A stretch of 64,000 nt of DNA from Chlorobiota bacterium. GTDB lineage: Bacteria > Bacteroidota > Bacteroidia > Bacteroidales > VadinHA17. Both the position numbers and the translations under genes were made by a program. The DNA lies in NCBI GenBank assembly GCA_013152085.1, contig JAADHC010000006.1, forward strand, positions 2,372-66,371, in the 5' to 3' direction. The notes under the pieces were generated by a model. That model was not told the origin of the DNA. It worked only from the letters and a program-made list of their open reading frames with translations, and ran no database searches. Below are positions 1 to 10,124 of this stretch, piece after piece (positions within the stretch are counted from its first letter, which is position 1; the number at the start of each line of letters is the position of its first letter).

Positions 1-16
1 GAAAAATTCAGTAACC

Positions 17-907
17 ATGAATAAAATATCATTCTTTTTAATATTATTGTTTATTCCGATACTTGGGTTTACACAGCAAATTCCGCTAAATACCCAATAC
101 ACTTACGATCTTTACCAGATCAATCCGGCGGCGGCCGGCAGTACAGACGGGATGCCGCTTTCCCTGTCGGTACGAAAACTCTGGCTGGGCATTGACGGCT
201 CGCCTTCGATACAAACCCTGAGTGGTCATATCCAGGTGGTTGACCGCATGGGTGTAGGGGCAAAAATTTATAATTTCAGTGAGGGTCCGCTGCGCAATAC
301 CGGCTTTGAAGGAACGTATGCCTATCATCTGCCGCTGGGTGAGGGCAGTACCAAACTGGCTTTTGGACTGACAGCTTCTTTCTTTCAATATAGTTTGGAT
401 AAAACCAAACTGGATGTCCAGGATCCCAATGATCCCGCCCTTCAGGGAGACAGTAAGAAAATGGTTCCTGATGCAACTTTCGGAACATTAATTTACAATG
501 AAAAATATTTTGCCGGGATCACGATTCAACAGCTTTTTCAGGGAAAGATAAACCTGGGAACCCAGGGAATTGCCGATCAGAAAAGAGTACGACACTATTT
601 TGTACACTGGGGTTATAACTTCGATATTAACGAGGATATTCGTTTACAACCCTCCGTACTATTCAAGTTTATTGAAGCTGGGGTGATTCAGGCCGATATC
701 AATACCCGGATGACTTACCGGAAAATGATCAATTTCGGGTTGTCGTACCGTACCGGAGATGCATTGAGTATCCAGCTGGGCTATCAGAATGATAACCTGC
801 TGTTCGGGTATGCTTACGACCTGGCTTTATCGGATATCCGCACGCAAACCAGTGGTTCACATGAAATCGTTTTTATATACAAACTTCCCAACTTCATTAA
901 AAAATAG
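17..907 (+). CDS. Type IX secretion system membrane protein, PorP/SprF family
   Basis: 296 aa. N-terminal signal peptide, then QQIPLNTQYTYDLYQINPAAAG, the typical PorP/SprF N-terminal signature. Beta-rich with an aromatic C-terminus. Confidence 0.85.
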   Translation: MNKISFFLILLFIPILGFTQQIPLNTQYTYDLYQINPAAAGSTDGMPLSLSVRKLWLGIDGSPSIQTLSGHIQVVDRMGVGAKIYNFSEGPLRNTGFEGTYAYHLPLGEGSTKLAFGLTASFFQYSLDKTKLDVQDPNDPALQGDSKKMVPDATFGTLIYNEKYFAGITIQQLFQGKINLGTQGIADQKRVRHYFVHWGYNFDINEDIRLQPSVLFKFIEAGVIQADINTRMTYRKMINFGLSYRTGDALSIQLGYQNDNLLFGYAYDLALSDIRTQTSGSHEIVFIYKLPNFIKK

Positions 908-1010
908 CCAGGGCATTTTTTTAATATTCAAGAAAACTCCCGGAAATTCTGCTTGCAGATATGGACAAGGTTATGTTACTTTATGATCGTTAATCACAAC
1001 GATCGAACCT

Positions 1011-2282
1011 ATGAATATTCTTGTCCTTGGCTCGGGAGGCCGTGAGCATGCCATTAGCTGGAAACTTTCTCAAAGTCCTGAGTGCGATAATCTTTTTATA
1101 GCTCCAGGAAATGCCGGAACGACTGAGCTGGGAACCAATGTGCCTGTAAACCCGAATGATTTCAACGCTATTGAAAAACTGATCATGGCAGAAGATATCG
1201 ACATGGTCGTTATCGGGCCGGAGGAACCGCTGGTAAGGGGAATTTATGAACATCTGAGAGCTGTAAATTCCTTTAGCGATCTGATGATTATAGGCCCCAC
1301 GCAAAGGGGAGCCATGCTCGAAGGAAGTAAAGTGTGGGCGAAAGATTTCATGCAGAAAAATAACATTCCGACGGCCCGGTATGGAAAATTCTCTGCCGGA
1401 CAAACCGATAAAGCGAAGAAGTTTCTGAAGACTCTTAACCCGCCATACGTTTTAAAAGCCGACGGGCTGGCTGCCGGGAAAGGGGTTTTAATATTAAAGG
1501 ATATAAATGAGGCCGTTTTCGCACTGGGAGAAATGTTTGGCGGGAAGTTTGGCGATGCAGGGAAAAATGTGGTCATTGAAGAATTCCTGGATGGTATCGA
1601 AGTTTCCGTATTTATCCTGACCGACGGTTCTTCTTATGTACTTTTTCCCGAAGCCAAGGATTATAAGCGTATCGGTGAAGGAGATACCGGCCTGAACACC
1701 GGTGGCATGGGCGCTGTATCGCCGGTGCCTTTTGCCACGCCTGAATTTATTGAGAAAGTGGAAGACCGGATCATCATCCCCACCTTACAGGGATTGTATA
1801 ACGGGGATATCGGTTATTGTGGTTTTCTCTATTTCGGACTTATGAATGTTAACGGGGATCCCTATGTGGTTGAATACAATGTACGCCTTGGCGATCCTGA
1901 AGCAGAAGTGGTTTTGCCCAGGGTAGAGAGCGACTTTGCAGCACTATTGGCTGCTGCAGCCCGGGGAACTTTGAGCAAAGAGTCTATGACCGTTAATCCG
2001 TCCACTGTAGTTACGGTAATGCTTGTCTCGGGGGGTTATCCTCAAGTATATCAAAAAGGAAAGGAAATTACCGTGGAACAGATTACAGGAGATGCATTGC
2101 TGTTTCATGCAGGAACAATAACGGATGGGAAAAAAGTGGTAACAAACGGTGGCCGTGTGCTTGCTGTCAGCGCTTACGGAAAAGACATGAATGATGCCCT
2201 CAAAAAAGCCTACCGGCAGGCGGAACATATCGCTTTCGACAGGAAATATTATCGCAAAGATATTGGTTTTGACTTAGCCTGA
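1011..2282 (+). CDS. purD: Phosphoribosylamine--glycine ligase
   Basis: 423 aa. Starts MNILVLGSGGREHAISWKL and carries the ATP-grasp core (KADGLAAGKGV, EEFLDGIE) and the C-terminal GGRVLAV motif. Confidence 0.95.
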   Translation: MNILVLGSGGREHAISWKLSQSPECDNLFIAPGNAGTTELGTNVPVNPNDFNAIEKLIMAEDIDMVVIGPEEPLVRGIYEHLRAVNSFSDLMIIGPTQRGAMLEGSKVWAKDFMQKNNIPTARYGKFSAGQTDKAKKFLKTLNPPYVLKADGLAAGKGVLILKDINEAVFALGEMFGGKFGDAGKNVVIEEFLDGIEVSVFILTDGSSYVLFPEAKDYKRIGEGDTGLNTGGMGAVSPVPFATPEFIEKVEDRIIIPTLQGLYNGDIGYCGFLYFGLMNVNGDPYVVEYNVRLGDPEAEVVLPRVESDFAALLAAAARGTLSKESMTVNPSTVVTVMLVSGGYPQVYQKGKEITVEQITGDALLFHAGTITDGKKVVTNGGRVLAVSAYGKDMNDALKKAYRQAEHIAFDRKYYRKDIGFDLA

Positions 2283-2283
2283 T

Positions 2284-3279
2284 ATGTTAAAATCTTTCCA
2301 GGGATACCAGCCTAAACAGGCCTTTTTGTCTTTGTTCACGGGAATCGTGCTTTGGCTTCCCGTATTTTTTTTCGATACCTCGAAAATCACTTTTTTTCAT
2401 ATTTCCCAATGCCCTGCTGAACAGATTTTCCGGTTTGCATCGTCTCTTCCGTTTATCCCGGTCCTGATTTTTTCCTTTCTATTCTGGCTGTTCATTGGCT
2501 ACTTGCTTATCTGGCTGAACCGAAAATATTTATTCCTGGAAACGCGTACTTTTTTCCCTCTGTTCCTGTCGTTGACCGTTATTCCACTGACGGGATTCCG
2601 TTTTCTGATCACAACCCAGGCATTAACACTTCCTTTTATTTTTCTGGCTGTCGATCGTATTTTTTCTTCTTACCGGAAAAACGGGGTTGATTTTTCATTT
2701 TATATGGCCGGGTTTTGGATCGGTATTGCATCCCTGATCTGGATACATGCTGCATATTTTCTGATCATCATATTTGTCGGGTTATTAATTTTCCGTCCGT
2801 TTTACATCAGGGAATGGCTGGTTTCCATACTGGGTGTTTTTACGCCATGGTACTTTTTCGGAGGGATTTACTTTCTGGTTAATCTCAATCTCAAAGGCTT
2901 TTTCATTATCCTGCAGAACAGTTATTATGATCTTCCTGTAATGGTTTCAGGGAATCTTTTCCTGCTTATTCCACTGTTCTACTTCGTAGTGCTCATCCTG
3001 ATGGCAAGTATCCGGATCCTGTTTGCCTATAACCTGCTGAAACTGAAAAACCGCAAAGCTTTTCAGGTTTTTTTCTGGATGGCCTGCCTGCTGGTAGCTT
3101 TCCTGCTTATTTACCGTGACAGTTATCTGTACTTCGGACCGGTAACCATGATCCCATTTATATACCTGATCTCCATATTTTTTATCTCCGGCAAAGCATC
3201 CTTTCTTAAAAGGATCATTTTTGATCTTTTGATTCTGGTCATCCTGGCATCATCAATCTACCGGATCATCATATCGTGA
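2284..3279 (+). CDS. Polytopic inner-membrane protein of unknown function
   Basis: 331 aa, very hydrophobic with about 9-10 predicted TM segments. Starts 2 nt after the purD stop. I recognise no catalytic motif. Confidence 0.6.
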   Translation: MLKSFQGYQPKQAFLSLFTGIVLWLPVFFFDTSKITFFHISQCPAEQIFRFASSLPFIPVLIFSFLFWLFIGYLLIWLNRKYLFLETRTFFPLFLSLTVIPLTGFRFLITTQALTLPFIFLAVDRIFSSYRKNGVDFSFYMAGFWIGIASLIWIHAAYFLIIIFVGLLIFRPFYIREWLVSILGVFTPWYFFGGIYFLVNLNLKGFFIILQNSYYDLPVMVSGNLFLLIPLFYFVVLILMASIRILFAYNLLKLKNRKAFQVFFWMACLLVAFLLIYRDSYLYFGPVTMIPFIYLISIFFISGKASFLKRIIFDLLILVILASSIYRIIIS

Positions 3280-3467
3280 TTACGTGGGTCCGATGTCAAT
3301 ATCAATGCGGTTTTCAGCCTGTCTTATTTAATATTTCAGGCTCAGATACACAGGGTATTGGAACGGCATGACCCGTGATAGGGTAGTGATATGCAAATAA
3401 TCTATTTTTGCCACTTCGTGGCATACTGCCAGATAAAAATGAAGTGTTGTGTTTTGAACAGGGGTGA

Positions 3468-3911
3468 CTACTTTTTCACGTAAGAGAGGATACCCACGGC
3501 CATACCCTCTTTGCCGTCTTTAAATGATATATACACGGTGTAAGGGCCGCTTTTAGTGCAATAGAAGTCTATGGATTTATAGACTTTTCCGGTCTTTGGA
3601 TTGTAGGTACTGGCAAGCATTCTTTTGGTATCATAAAGCTGGAGAATCCCTTCCCCTCTATACTGATCCGAACTACAGATCGTAAAGCGATAGTGGGTGT
3701 TTTTCAATAAAAGTATGGTGTTTTTCGCAATGGGCTGCCGGGTTCCGGGTTGTGCTTCAGGTAATTTAACCACATAATCCTTAAGGTAGGTTGCATCACT
3801 GCTTGCTTCATTAACACAGATACTCACAAGGCCCTCGTCACCCTGTGCAAATAAAGCCGGCGCAAGGAAAGATAATCCGAGGATAAACAAAAATGGCTTT
3901 AGTGATTTCAT
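3468..3911 (-). CDS. Secreted hypothetical protein (start moved to internal Met)
   Basis: The ORF-track start at 3977 precedes the signal peptide MKSLKPFLFILGLSFLAPALFAQ, which begins at 3911. Last gene of the minus-strand run 8022->3468. Confidence 0.55.
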   Translation of the reverse strand: MKSLKPFLFILGLSFLAPALFAQGDEGLVSICVNEASSDATYLKDYVVKLPEAQPGTRQPIAKNTILLLKNTHYRFTICSSDQYRGEGILQLYDTKRMLASTYNPKTGKVYKSIDFYCTKSGPYTVYISFKDGKEGMAVGILSYVKK

Positions 3912-3987
3912 AATTCTGCTATTAACCCAAACAAAATAAATAAAAAAAATGAACTCTTCAAATATTTCGTTGATCAATGCATCAATT

Positions 3988-4896
3988 TTATTGATGAAGC
4001 AATCGTTCTCTCAATTGGACGGTCTGCTGAATGATCTGTTGCAGCAGTTCGTCAGAATAACTGACCTTGCTTTCTTCATGCTGCACAACAACCAGTCTGC
4101 CGTCTTTCTCAACCGTTTCCGGTTCTCCCGGAATAATCGTAATCTCTACCTGGTCAAACAGTTGCTTTAGCTGATCAAGTTGGCCGGTAATTTTTTTAAC
4201 TTCCGGATTGGATTTATACCGGTCGAGGAGTACAAAAAGATCTTCCATTACAATTTTCTGTTCACCGATCCGCTCCTTTAGTTCTTCGTGGGGATACGAT
4301 TGTTGCACCTGTGTGGCCAGGTATATCCCTTCGATCCACAATCCGGTAATCACCAGTGCGCTGATCTCTCCGCGTTGCGATTTCCGCAGATAACGGTCGA
4401 TTTCGTTAAAACTATGAACAGCTATAAACATCAGGGAATCCAGATTTTCTTTATTTCCGGCAAGTCTTTTCAGGGTGTTATAATCAAAAAACTGTCCGAT
4501 CATCAGATTATCGGCAAGCCGTTTGATGTTGGAAATGTAATCGAGCAGGGCAGTATTCTGCCCATACATAGCCTGGTAACCAAGATCTGCGCCATAAATT
4601 CCAAGGCCATAGGCCTGTTGGATCTCCGTATTCATATTGTTAATATCTGAAGAAGATGCCAGATATGCATTTGAATAGGGTACGCCTAACATGTCCAGAA
4701 GTCCGGCAATTTCCACCGGAGAGGCGAGGTTATCAATAATGTCGGAGGTGACTTCTTCAGCCAATACAGCCGTGTTGGAGGCAGCCAGGGTATCGGGGAT
4801 CACAAATTCTTTGGCTTTCTTTTCACCTTTTTGCCCGCTACAACAGGAAAGCAGGACAATAAAGCCGATTCCGATTGAGAACAGTTTATATTTCAT
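3988..4896 (-). CDS. Lipoprotein of unknown function
   Basis: 302 aa. Lipobox LLSCCSG after the signal peptide, and the remainder looks helical. Directly downstream of the ABC gene on the same strand. Confidence 0.6.
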   Translation of the reverse strand: MKYKLFSIGIGFIVLLSCCSGQKGEKKAKEFVIPDTLAASNTAVLAEEVTSDIIDNLASPVEIAGLLDMLGVPYSNAYLASSSDINNMNTEIQQAYGLGIYGADLGYQAMYGQNTALLDYISNIKRLADNLMIGQFFDYNTLKRLAGNKENLDSLMFIAVHSFNEIDRYLRKSQRGEISALVITGLWIEGIYLATQVQQSYPHEELKERIGEQKIVMEDLFVLLDRYKSNPEVKKITGQLDQLKQLFDQVEITIIPGEPETVEKDGRLVVVQHEESKVSYSDELLQQIIQQTVQLRERLLHQ

Positions 4897-4965
4897 GGGA
4901 ACAGATTATTAAGAATGAAAATACTAAAATAATAAACTTTTCGGATAATGGCAATGAGATTATCA

Positions 4966-7900
4966 TTAATTACTCCGGAACATCCGCTCAGATAAATTAA
5001 TAACCCTGGCTAACAAATCAAAATAGAGAATTACATATGCCAAAAGGATCATAATCCATACAACGGAAATGTTATAAACATAGGTATCTATCTGTTTATG
5101 CCCGATTTTTTTTACGGGTGCATAGAAATGTGCACGTAACCCAAACCAATGGCCGGATTCCGGATCTTTATAAATCGGGTGGTATTTTTGGATGATCCTG
5201 TTTTCGTAAACCAGCATCCGGTTCCGTTCATAAACCTTCTGGACAATATCTGCCAGATGTTCATTATAATAATTATTCCGCAACCTTTTAAAAAGCTGTG
5301 GATTGGTCTGTAGCATGAACAGGATGGTCTTCTGCTTGTTCCTGTTGGCCGTAAGCAATTCATTATTGTAATATTCCCTGAGCCGGTCTAAATAATCGGA
5401 GATCATTAAAGCTGTTCCTCCCGAAAAGGTTTGATCTTCCAGCTGGCTGACTGCATCAAACCGGATAACCGGATTGAGAAGGTTTTCTTTCAGAATCTCA
5501 TTTCTGAGGATCTTCAGCGGAGCATCTTTTTGGACCGTTAAGGAGTCATTATTAAAAAGATAAACTACCCGGTTTAATGATTCGCAGAGCTTGGGAATAC
5601 GGTAAACCTTCTGAAAGTCTGCCTGACTCTCCTTCTTCTCATATTCATAAAAATATTTTTCAAACTTATTGTTTTTAAACTGGTGTACCATCAATGCCTC
5701 ATACGTCCACATCGTAGGCATCATTTCGGCAATAACCGGTACTTTATCCACACTGCTGACCTTTCTGTTCAGCTTATCAAAAGGAAACATAGCTCCGCTC
5801 AGCACCATCATCGGGATGATTAATAACGGAATTACAATATAAATGGTTATCACCGAGTTAAAAGCCGAGGATATTATTAATCCGAGAATGTTAGCACAGG
5901 CAGCGGTAGTAAACCATGCCAGCCAGTAAATAAAAAACATCCCTTTAATCCCTAAAACGAGGTTTCCGATAAGGATAAAAAGTGTGGCCTGGACGGCAGA
6001 AATAAAGAAAAGCACTGAAATTTTTGCCATGAGGTAGCTGCCACGGCTCAGATTCAGGAAACTTTCACGCTGTAAGATTTTTCTGTCTTTGAAAATCTCT
6101 TCGGCACTGATGGTAAGCCCGAGAAACAATCCGACGATAAGCGCCATAAAGATATAAACCGGAATATTTTCATTTTCCCTGAATATGTAAATATCCGACT
6201 CGGGATCTGCAATATACCTGATGATGTAAGTAAGGATGAATGCCAGAACCGGAGCCTCAAGCAGGTTCATCAGGACATACTGCTTATTGGAGATTTTGGA
6301 CAGGAAATCACGGGAAAGGTAAATTACATACTGAACGATTTTCCCCGGACGGAATAACATTACTTTGGGAATCTCTGTGATTTCCTTTTTTTCACTTTTA
6401 ATCCTGTATTCTTCAAAAAGCCTGGCCCACTTTCCCGGGGAAACCTTTCGCCTGCGGGTATATCGTCCGAATTCGTCAACCACCCGGGCATCCAGGATAT
6501 TAAATATCAGCTCCGGGTTAACATTCCCGCAAACCTGACATTCCCCCATATCGCTGTTGATCTGTGATTCTTTTTTCTTGAAATAGATAACCGATTCGAT
6601 GGGATTTCCGTAATAAACCAGATATCCGCCAACATCAAGGATCAGCACACTGTCAAAAAGCTTAAATATGTCTGATGAAGGCTGGTGGATGACCACAAAA
6701 ATTAGCTTGCCTTTCATGGTGAGTTCACGCAACAGGTCCATGACATTTTCAGAATCACGCGAGGACAAGCCTGATGTCGGTTCATCAACAAATAATACCG
6801 ATGGTTCCCGGATCAGTTCGAGGGCAATATTCAATCTTTTGCGTTGCCCGCCGCTGATGATGGTACGTTTGGGTGATCCCACCTTAAGATTTCGGATATG
6901 ATAAAGATCAAGTTCTTCCAGAAGATCATTTACCTTTCCCGTTATCTCATCATGGCTGAGGTCTTTAAAACAGAACCGGGCGTTAAAAAACAGGTTCTGA
7001 AAAACGGTTAACTCTTCGATCAGAAGATCATCCTGCGGAATATAACCGGTAACCCCGTCCAGTTTTTCCTTGTCACGGTAAATATCAAATCCGTTAATGG
7101 AAACACTTCCTGATGAAGGGGGTTGAAATCCGGAAAGCACATTTAGCAGGGTTGTTTTCCCGGCTCCGCTGATTCCCATAATACCAACCAGCTTCCCCTG
7201 TTCTTCTGAAAAGGAAACATTATTTAATCCGACGTTTCCGTTTGGGAAATGAAAAACGATCTCTTCTGCTTTAAAGATGAGGGGTTGAATGGTACCGGAA
7301 CCGAGCAGCCGGGAAATCACATCGCTGTAATATACCTGGAATCCATGAGGCAGGTGCAGGCTACTACCGGAAGCCAGCAAATAGATGTTCCCCGGATAAA
7401 CAGGCATCCCGTTAAGAAAAATATCCTCGATACAGGTATGCTTCATAAAGTACAGATCAGCGCTCTTAACCTGTAAAATGATAAGCTGTCCTGTGAAATG
7501 GTGCGGTTCCCATACTATGGCATTTTTAAGATTCAGGGAAGCCCCGGAAATAATCAGGATATTTGAAATGTCCGTTTCCTTTGCATTTTCACCGCGTACA
7601 AAGACTTCAATATCTTCGTATTCTTCAGGGGAAATATTAAACACCTCAGCAACCGTATTCACAATATTCATGCGTTGCGGGGTGAACTTCTTCTCGCTGT
7701 TCAGTAATTCGTAAAGCCTGACCAGAACAACGACCTTTTGCTTTTGGGTAAGGGTTTTGTTGATTTTCTTACAAATACCAAAGATCCGGACAGAATCTCT
7801 CACCGAAGGTGAAGCCTTACCCGGTTTTTTATCCGGAGCAACTTCAGAACCGATTCCGGCAAACTCTTTAAAAAGAGCAAGATATTCGCCGGCTGTTTCT

Positions 7901-8022
7901 TCATCAAGCTGTTGCAGTAAAAAAGCACGTACATATTCAATTTCTTTTTTCTGTACCCCCTCGTCCTGTTTTACAATAAGGGCAAACAACTGCATCAAAG
8001 CCTTCAGAATCTCTTCACTCAT
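4966..8022 (-). CDS. ABCG-type ABC transporter: TerB-like N-domain, ATPase and ABC-2 permease fused in one polypeptide
   Basis: 1018 aa. Walker A GISGAGKTT, signature SGGQRKRLNIA, Walker B LFVDEPTSGLS and H-loop VIHQPS, followed by about 6 TM helices. The N-terminal ~140 aa resembles TerB/DjlA-N. There is a beta-rich middle domain and a ~230-aa C-terminal extension with a final TM. Confidence 0.85.
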   Translation of the reverse strand: MSEEILKALMQLFALIVKQDEGVQKKEIEYVRAFLLQQLDEETAGEYLALFKEFAGIGSEVAPDKKPGKASPSVRDSVRIFGICKKINKTLTQKQKVVVLVRLYELLNSEKKFTPQRMNIVNTVAEVFNISPEEYEDIEVFVRGENAKETDISNILIISGASLNLKNAIVWEPHHFTGQLIILQVKSADLYFMKHTCIEDIFLNGMPVYPGNIYLLASGSSLHLPHGFQVYYSDVISRLLGSGTIQPLIFKAEEIVFHFPNGNVGLNNVSFSEEQGKLVGIMGISGAGKTTLLNVLSGFQPPSSGSVSINGFDIYRDKEKLDGVTGYIPQDDLLIEELTVFQNLFFNARFCFKDLSHDEITGKVNDLLEELDLYHIRNLKVGSPKRTIISGGQRKRLNIALELIREPSVLFVDEPTSGLSSRDSENVMDLLRELTMKGKLIFVVIHQPSSDIFKLFDSVLILDVGGYLVYYGNPIESVIYFKKKESQINSDMGECQVCGNVNPELIFNILDARVVDEFGRYTRRRKVSPGKWARLFEEYRIKSEKKEITEIPKVMLFRPGKIVQYVIYLSRDFLSKISNKQYVLMNLLEAPVLAFILTYIIRYIADPESDIYIFRENENIPVYIFMALIVGLFLGLTISAEEIFKDRKILQRESFLNLSRGSYLMAKISVLFFISAVQATLFILIGNLVLGIKGMFFIYWLAWFTTAACANILGLIISSAFNSVITIYIVIPLLIIPMMVLSGAMFPFDKLNRKVSSVDKVPVIAEMMPTMWTYEALMVHQFKNNKFEKYFYEYEKKESQADFQKVYRIPKLCESLNRVVYLFNNDSLTVQKDAPLKILRNEILKENLLNPVIRFDAVSQLEDQTFSGGTALMISDYLDRLREYYNNELLTANRNKQKTILFMLQTNPQLFKRLRNNYYNEHLADIVQKVYERNRMLVYENRIIQKYHPIYKDPESGHWFGLRAHFYAPVKKIGHKQIDTYVYNISVVWIMILLAYVILYFDLLARVINLSERMFRSN

Positions 8023-8146
8023 ATATTATTGATTTGTTGAAGTTGAGCTGTCATATCCTTTATTAAAACTGATACTAAGATAATGAAAATGTCATCTGCT
8101 CCGAAAATGTTATGGTCCATAAACAACAAAGGTATCATGATCAGAA

Positions 8147-9208
8147 TTATGGTTCATTCAGTAACACCCTGGTCAGTACAGGTTGATGATCACTGTTTTT
8201 AAATCCCAGGTCTTTCACAAAAACAGTATCCTTTTGAATTCCCGGAGAGAGGAGGGAAAAATCCAGAACGGTTGTTGCTGTCGTCTCGGGATTATAGGGT
8301 TTGACCAGTGACCGGTTCGTCGTATGATACGGATCATACGACCATGTCCAGTATGCAGGCATATAATCCGTGCTGATATTTTTCAATATAAAATTCTCAT
8401 ACCCTGAAGCCTTATTAAACTTTTTGTCATTATAACCGGGAGGATTCTGGTTCCAGTCACCGTCAACAATGACAAGATTTCCTTTTTCATGTTCCTGCAG
8501 GATGAATTTTTTCAGGTAGGTCATTTCCTCTTTTTTCAAACTGCCATCATCAAAAGCCGAATTGTGTGTGTCGATCATTAAAAGTTGCCGGTTATTCCCT
8601 AATGGAAAGTAAGCCACCAGGAAACATCTGTCGAGCATGAACAGGCGGGTAGGCCAGCCATATTGTCCCGGGAAATCCCTGCGTTCGACCAGGGATGGAT
8701 TATATTTCGAAAACATAACCAGACCGGAACGAACTTTACCCATCGGATTATTAAATGGCAGGGGAACGAAAAACACTTTGTAATTCAGTGCACTGAAGGA
8801 ATGATAATCAGGTAATACTTCTTTAAATTCATCCAGTTCATTTACATGATAGGTACGTTTACTATTAAAATCAACTTCCTGAAGGAGCATAAAATCCATC
8901 GTATCATTGGATTCCAGAAAATTGCTGATGGCGTTTATATTTTCCAGGGTTCTCTGACGTGAGGTGCGAACCTGTTTGCCCCCGTCGTAGAAAAAGTCCA
9001 TATCACTTCCCAGACCGGCATATCCGATATTCCAACCCAAAAATGACAATGCATGTTGATTGGTCAACGTATCCGGGTTTTCAGATTCATAAACCGTAAT
9101 GATTTCCGGAGGCCGGTAATCCAGTAAAGTTCCTAAAAGAAGCAACAGGATAAAAGCCAGAACAATGATGCCAATCAGATAAAGCAGAAATCGTAATACC
9201 TTTTTCAT
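8147..9208 (-). CDS. Endonuclease/exonuclease/phosphatase (EEP) family protein, membrane-anchored
   Basis: 353 aa. N-terminal TM segment, EEP-like motifs (LLQEVD, DTHNSAF, GDWN) and the terminal SDHQPV motif. Confidence 0.8.
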   Translation of the reverse strand: MKKVLRFLLYLIGIIVLAFILLLLLGTLLDYRPPEIITVYESENPDTLTNQHALSFLGWNIGYAGLGSDMDFFYDGGKQVRTSRQRTLENINAISNFLESNDTMDFMLLQEVDFNSKRTYHVNELDEFKEVLPDYHSFSALNYKVFFVPLPFNNPMGKVRSGLVMFSKYNPSLVERRDFPGQYGWPTRLFMLDRCFLVAYFPLGNNRQLLMIDTHNSAFDDGSLKKEEMTYLKKFILQEHEKGNLVIVDGDWNQNPPGYNDKKFNKASGYENFILKNISTDYMPAYWTWSYDPYHTTNRSLVKPYNPETTATTVLDFSLLSPGIQKDTVFVKDLGFKNSDHQPVLTRVLLNEP

Positions 9209-9378
9209 ACGTTTATATTTTTAATTTTTCAAATCGATTATATTTCATCCCTGCATTGTATTAAGAATCACATATAATCGGCCGGGATACATATCCGAAT
9301 CACCCTTATAAAGGTAAGCATTATCTTTTTACATGGAAAGGATCAAATCCGGCCGGAGACAATTATAAAAAAAATCTA

Positions 9379-9386
9379 TACCTTTG
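9379..9386 (+). promoter_or_regulatory. Candidate Bacteroidota -7 box (TACCTTTG) upstream of purQ
   Basis: Matches TAnnTTTG and lies 24 nt before the purQ ATG. No clear -33 TTTG at the expected spacing. Confidence 0.3.
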
Positions 9387-9409
9387 AACGGTATAAATGC
9401 TTTGCTGAT

Positions 9410-10123
9410 ATGAAGTTTGGCGTTGTTATATTTCCGGGTTCTAATTGTGATCAGGATACGGTTTATGTCCTGCGTGAGATTCTTGACCAGGAAGTTATTG
9501 AAATCTGGCATAAAGAAAAGAGTATCGTGGATGTGGATGTCGTTGTCCTGCCCGGGGGATTTTCCTATGGTGATTACCTTCGGTCAGGTGCCATAGCAAG
9601 ATTTTCGCCGGTTATGGATGAAGTAATCACTTTTGCCAAAAGAGGAGGATTTGTCCTCGGCATCTGTAACGGTTTCCAGACTTTGTGTGAAGCCGGGCTT
9701 CTCCCCGGAGCGTTGCTTCCAAACACAAACCAGAAGTTTATCTGCAAGAATGTATATATCGTTCCGGAAAACAACAAAACCCCTGTAACGGCGAAACTGG
9801 ATAAGAATGTTCCGTTGAAAATACCCATTGCCCACGGAGAAGGAAGATATTTTGCTCCGGATGAACAGCTGGCCCGGATGCGTCAAAACGGACAGATACT
9901 TTTCCGTTATTGCAACAGGGACGGGGAGATATCAGAACAACATAACCCAAACGGATCAATGGAGAATATTGCAGGCATCTGTAACGAAGAAAAAAATGTC
10001 TATGGGATGATGCCGCATCCTGAAAGAGCTGCCGACGATCTTTTAGGTAATACAGATGGCCGGCTTGTGCTTGAATCACTTATCCAAACGCTTGAGGAAA
10101 AGAAAATCAGCGTTTTTAATTAA
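9410..10123 (+). CDS. purQ: Phosphoribosylformylglycinamidine synthase, glutaminase subunit
   Basis: 237 aa. [17 protein letters not shown], catalytic GICNGFQ and HPER motifs. Confidence 0.93.
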   Translation: MKFGVVIFPGSNCDQDTVYVLREILDQEVIEIWHKEKSIVDVDVVVLPGGFSYGDYLRSGAIARFSPVMDEVITFAKRGGFVLGICNGFQTLCEAGLLPGALLPNTNQKFICKNVYIVPENNKTPVTAKLDKNVPLKIPIAHGEGRYFAPDEQLARMRQNGQILFRYCNRDGEISEQHNPNGSMENIAGICNEEKNVYGMMPHPERAADDLLGNTDGRLVLESLIQTLEEKKISVFN

Positions 10124-10124
10124 A

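Noticed and set aside
3400-3425. GCCAC-ttc-GTGGC hairpin between convergent genes, considered as a terminator.
   Set aside because: The T-run precedes rather than follows the stem on the plus strand, and on the minus strand the stem is followed by an A-run. Neither orientation matches an intrinsic terminator.
9209-9409. Purine or ZTP riboswitch upstream of purQ, and likewise in 908..1010 upstream of purD.
   Set aside because: I could not find the conserved cores: U-rich junction/CCGACUA for purine, or GGGUCGUGAC...CCGCCUGGGC for ZTP. Upstream of purD there is only a 7-bp hairpin (985..1004) before the ATG.
10056-10124. N-terminal extensions in the ORF track. Affected genes are the M1 peptidase (10056), rnhA (24613), MarC (25091), serS (53436), rplU (54394), the nuclease (54529), 3977, S41 (50850) and DMT (51739).
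   Set aside because: The extensions overlap upstream genes or a terminator and precede the conserved N-termini or signal peptides. Internal Met starts fit the families better.
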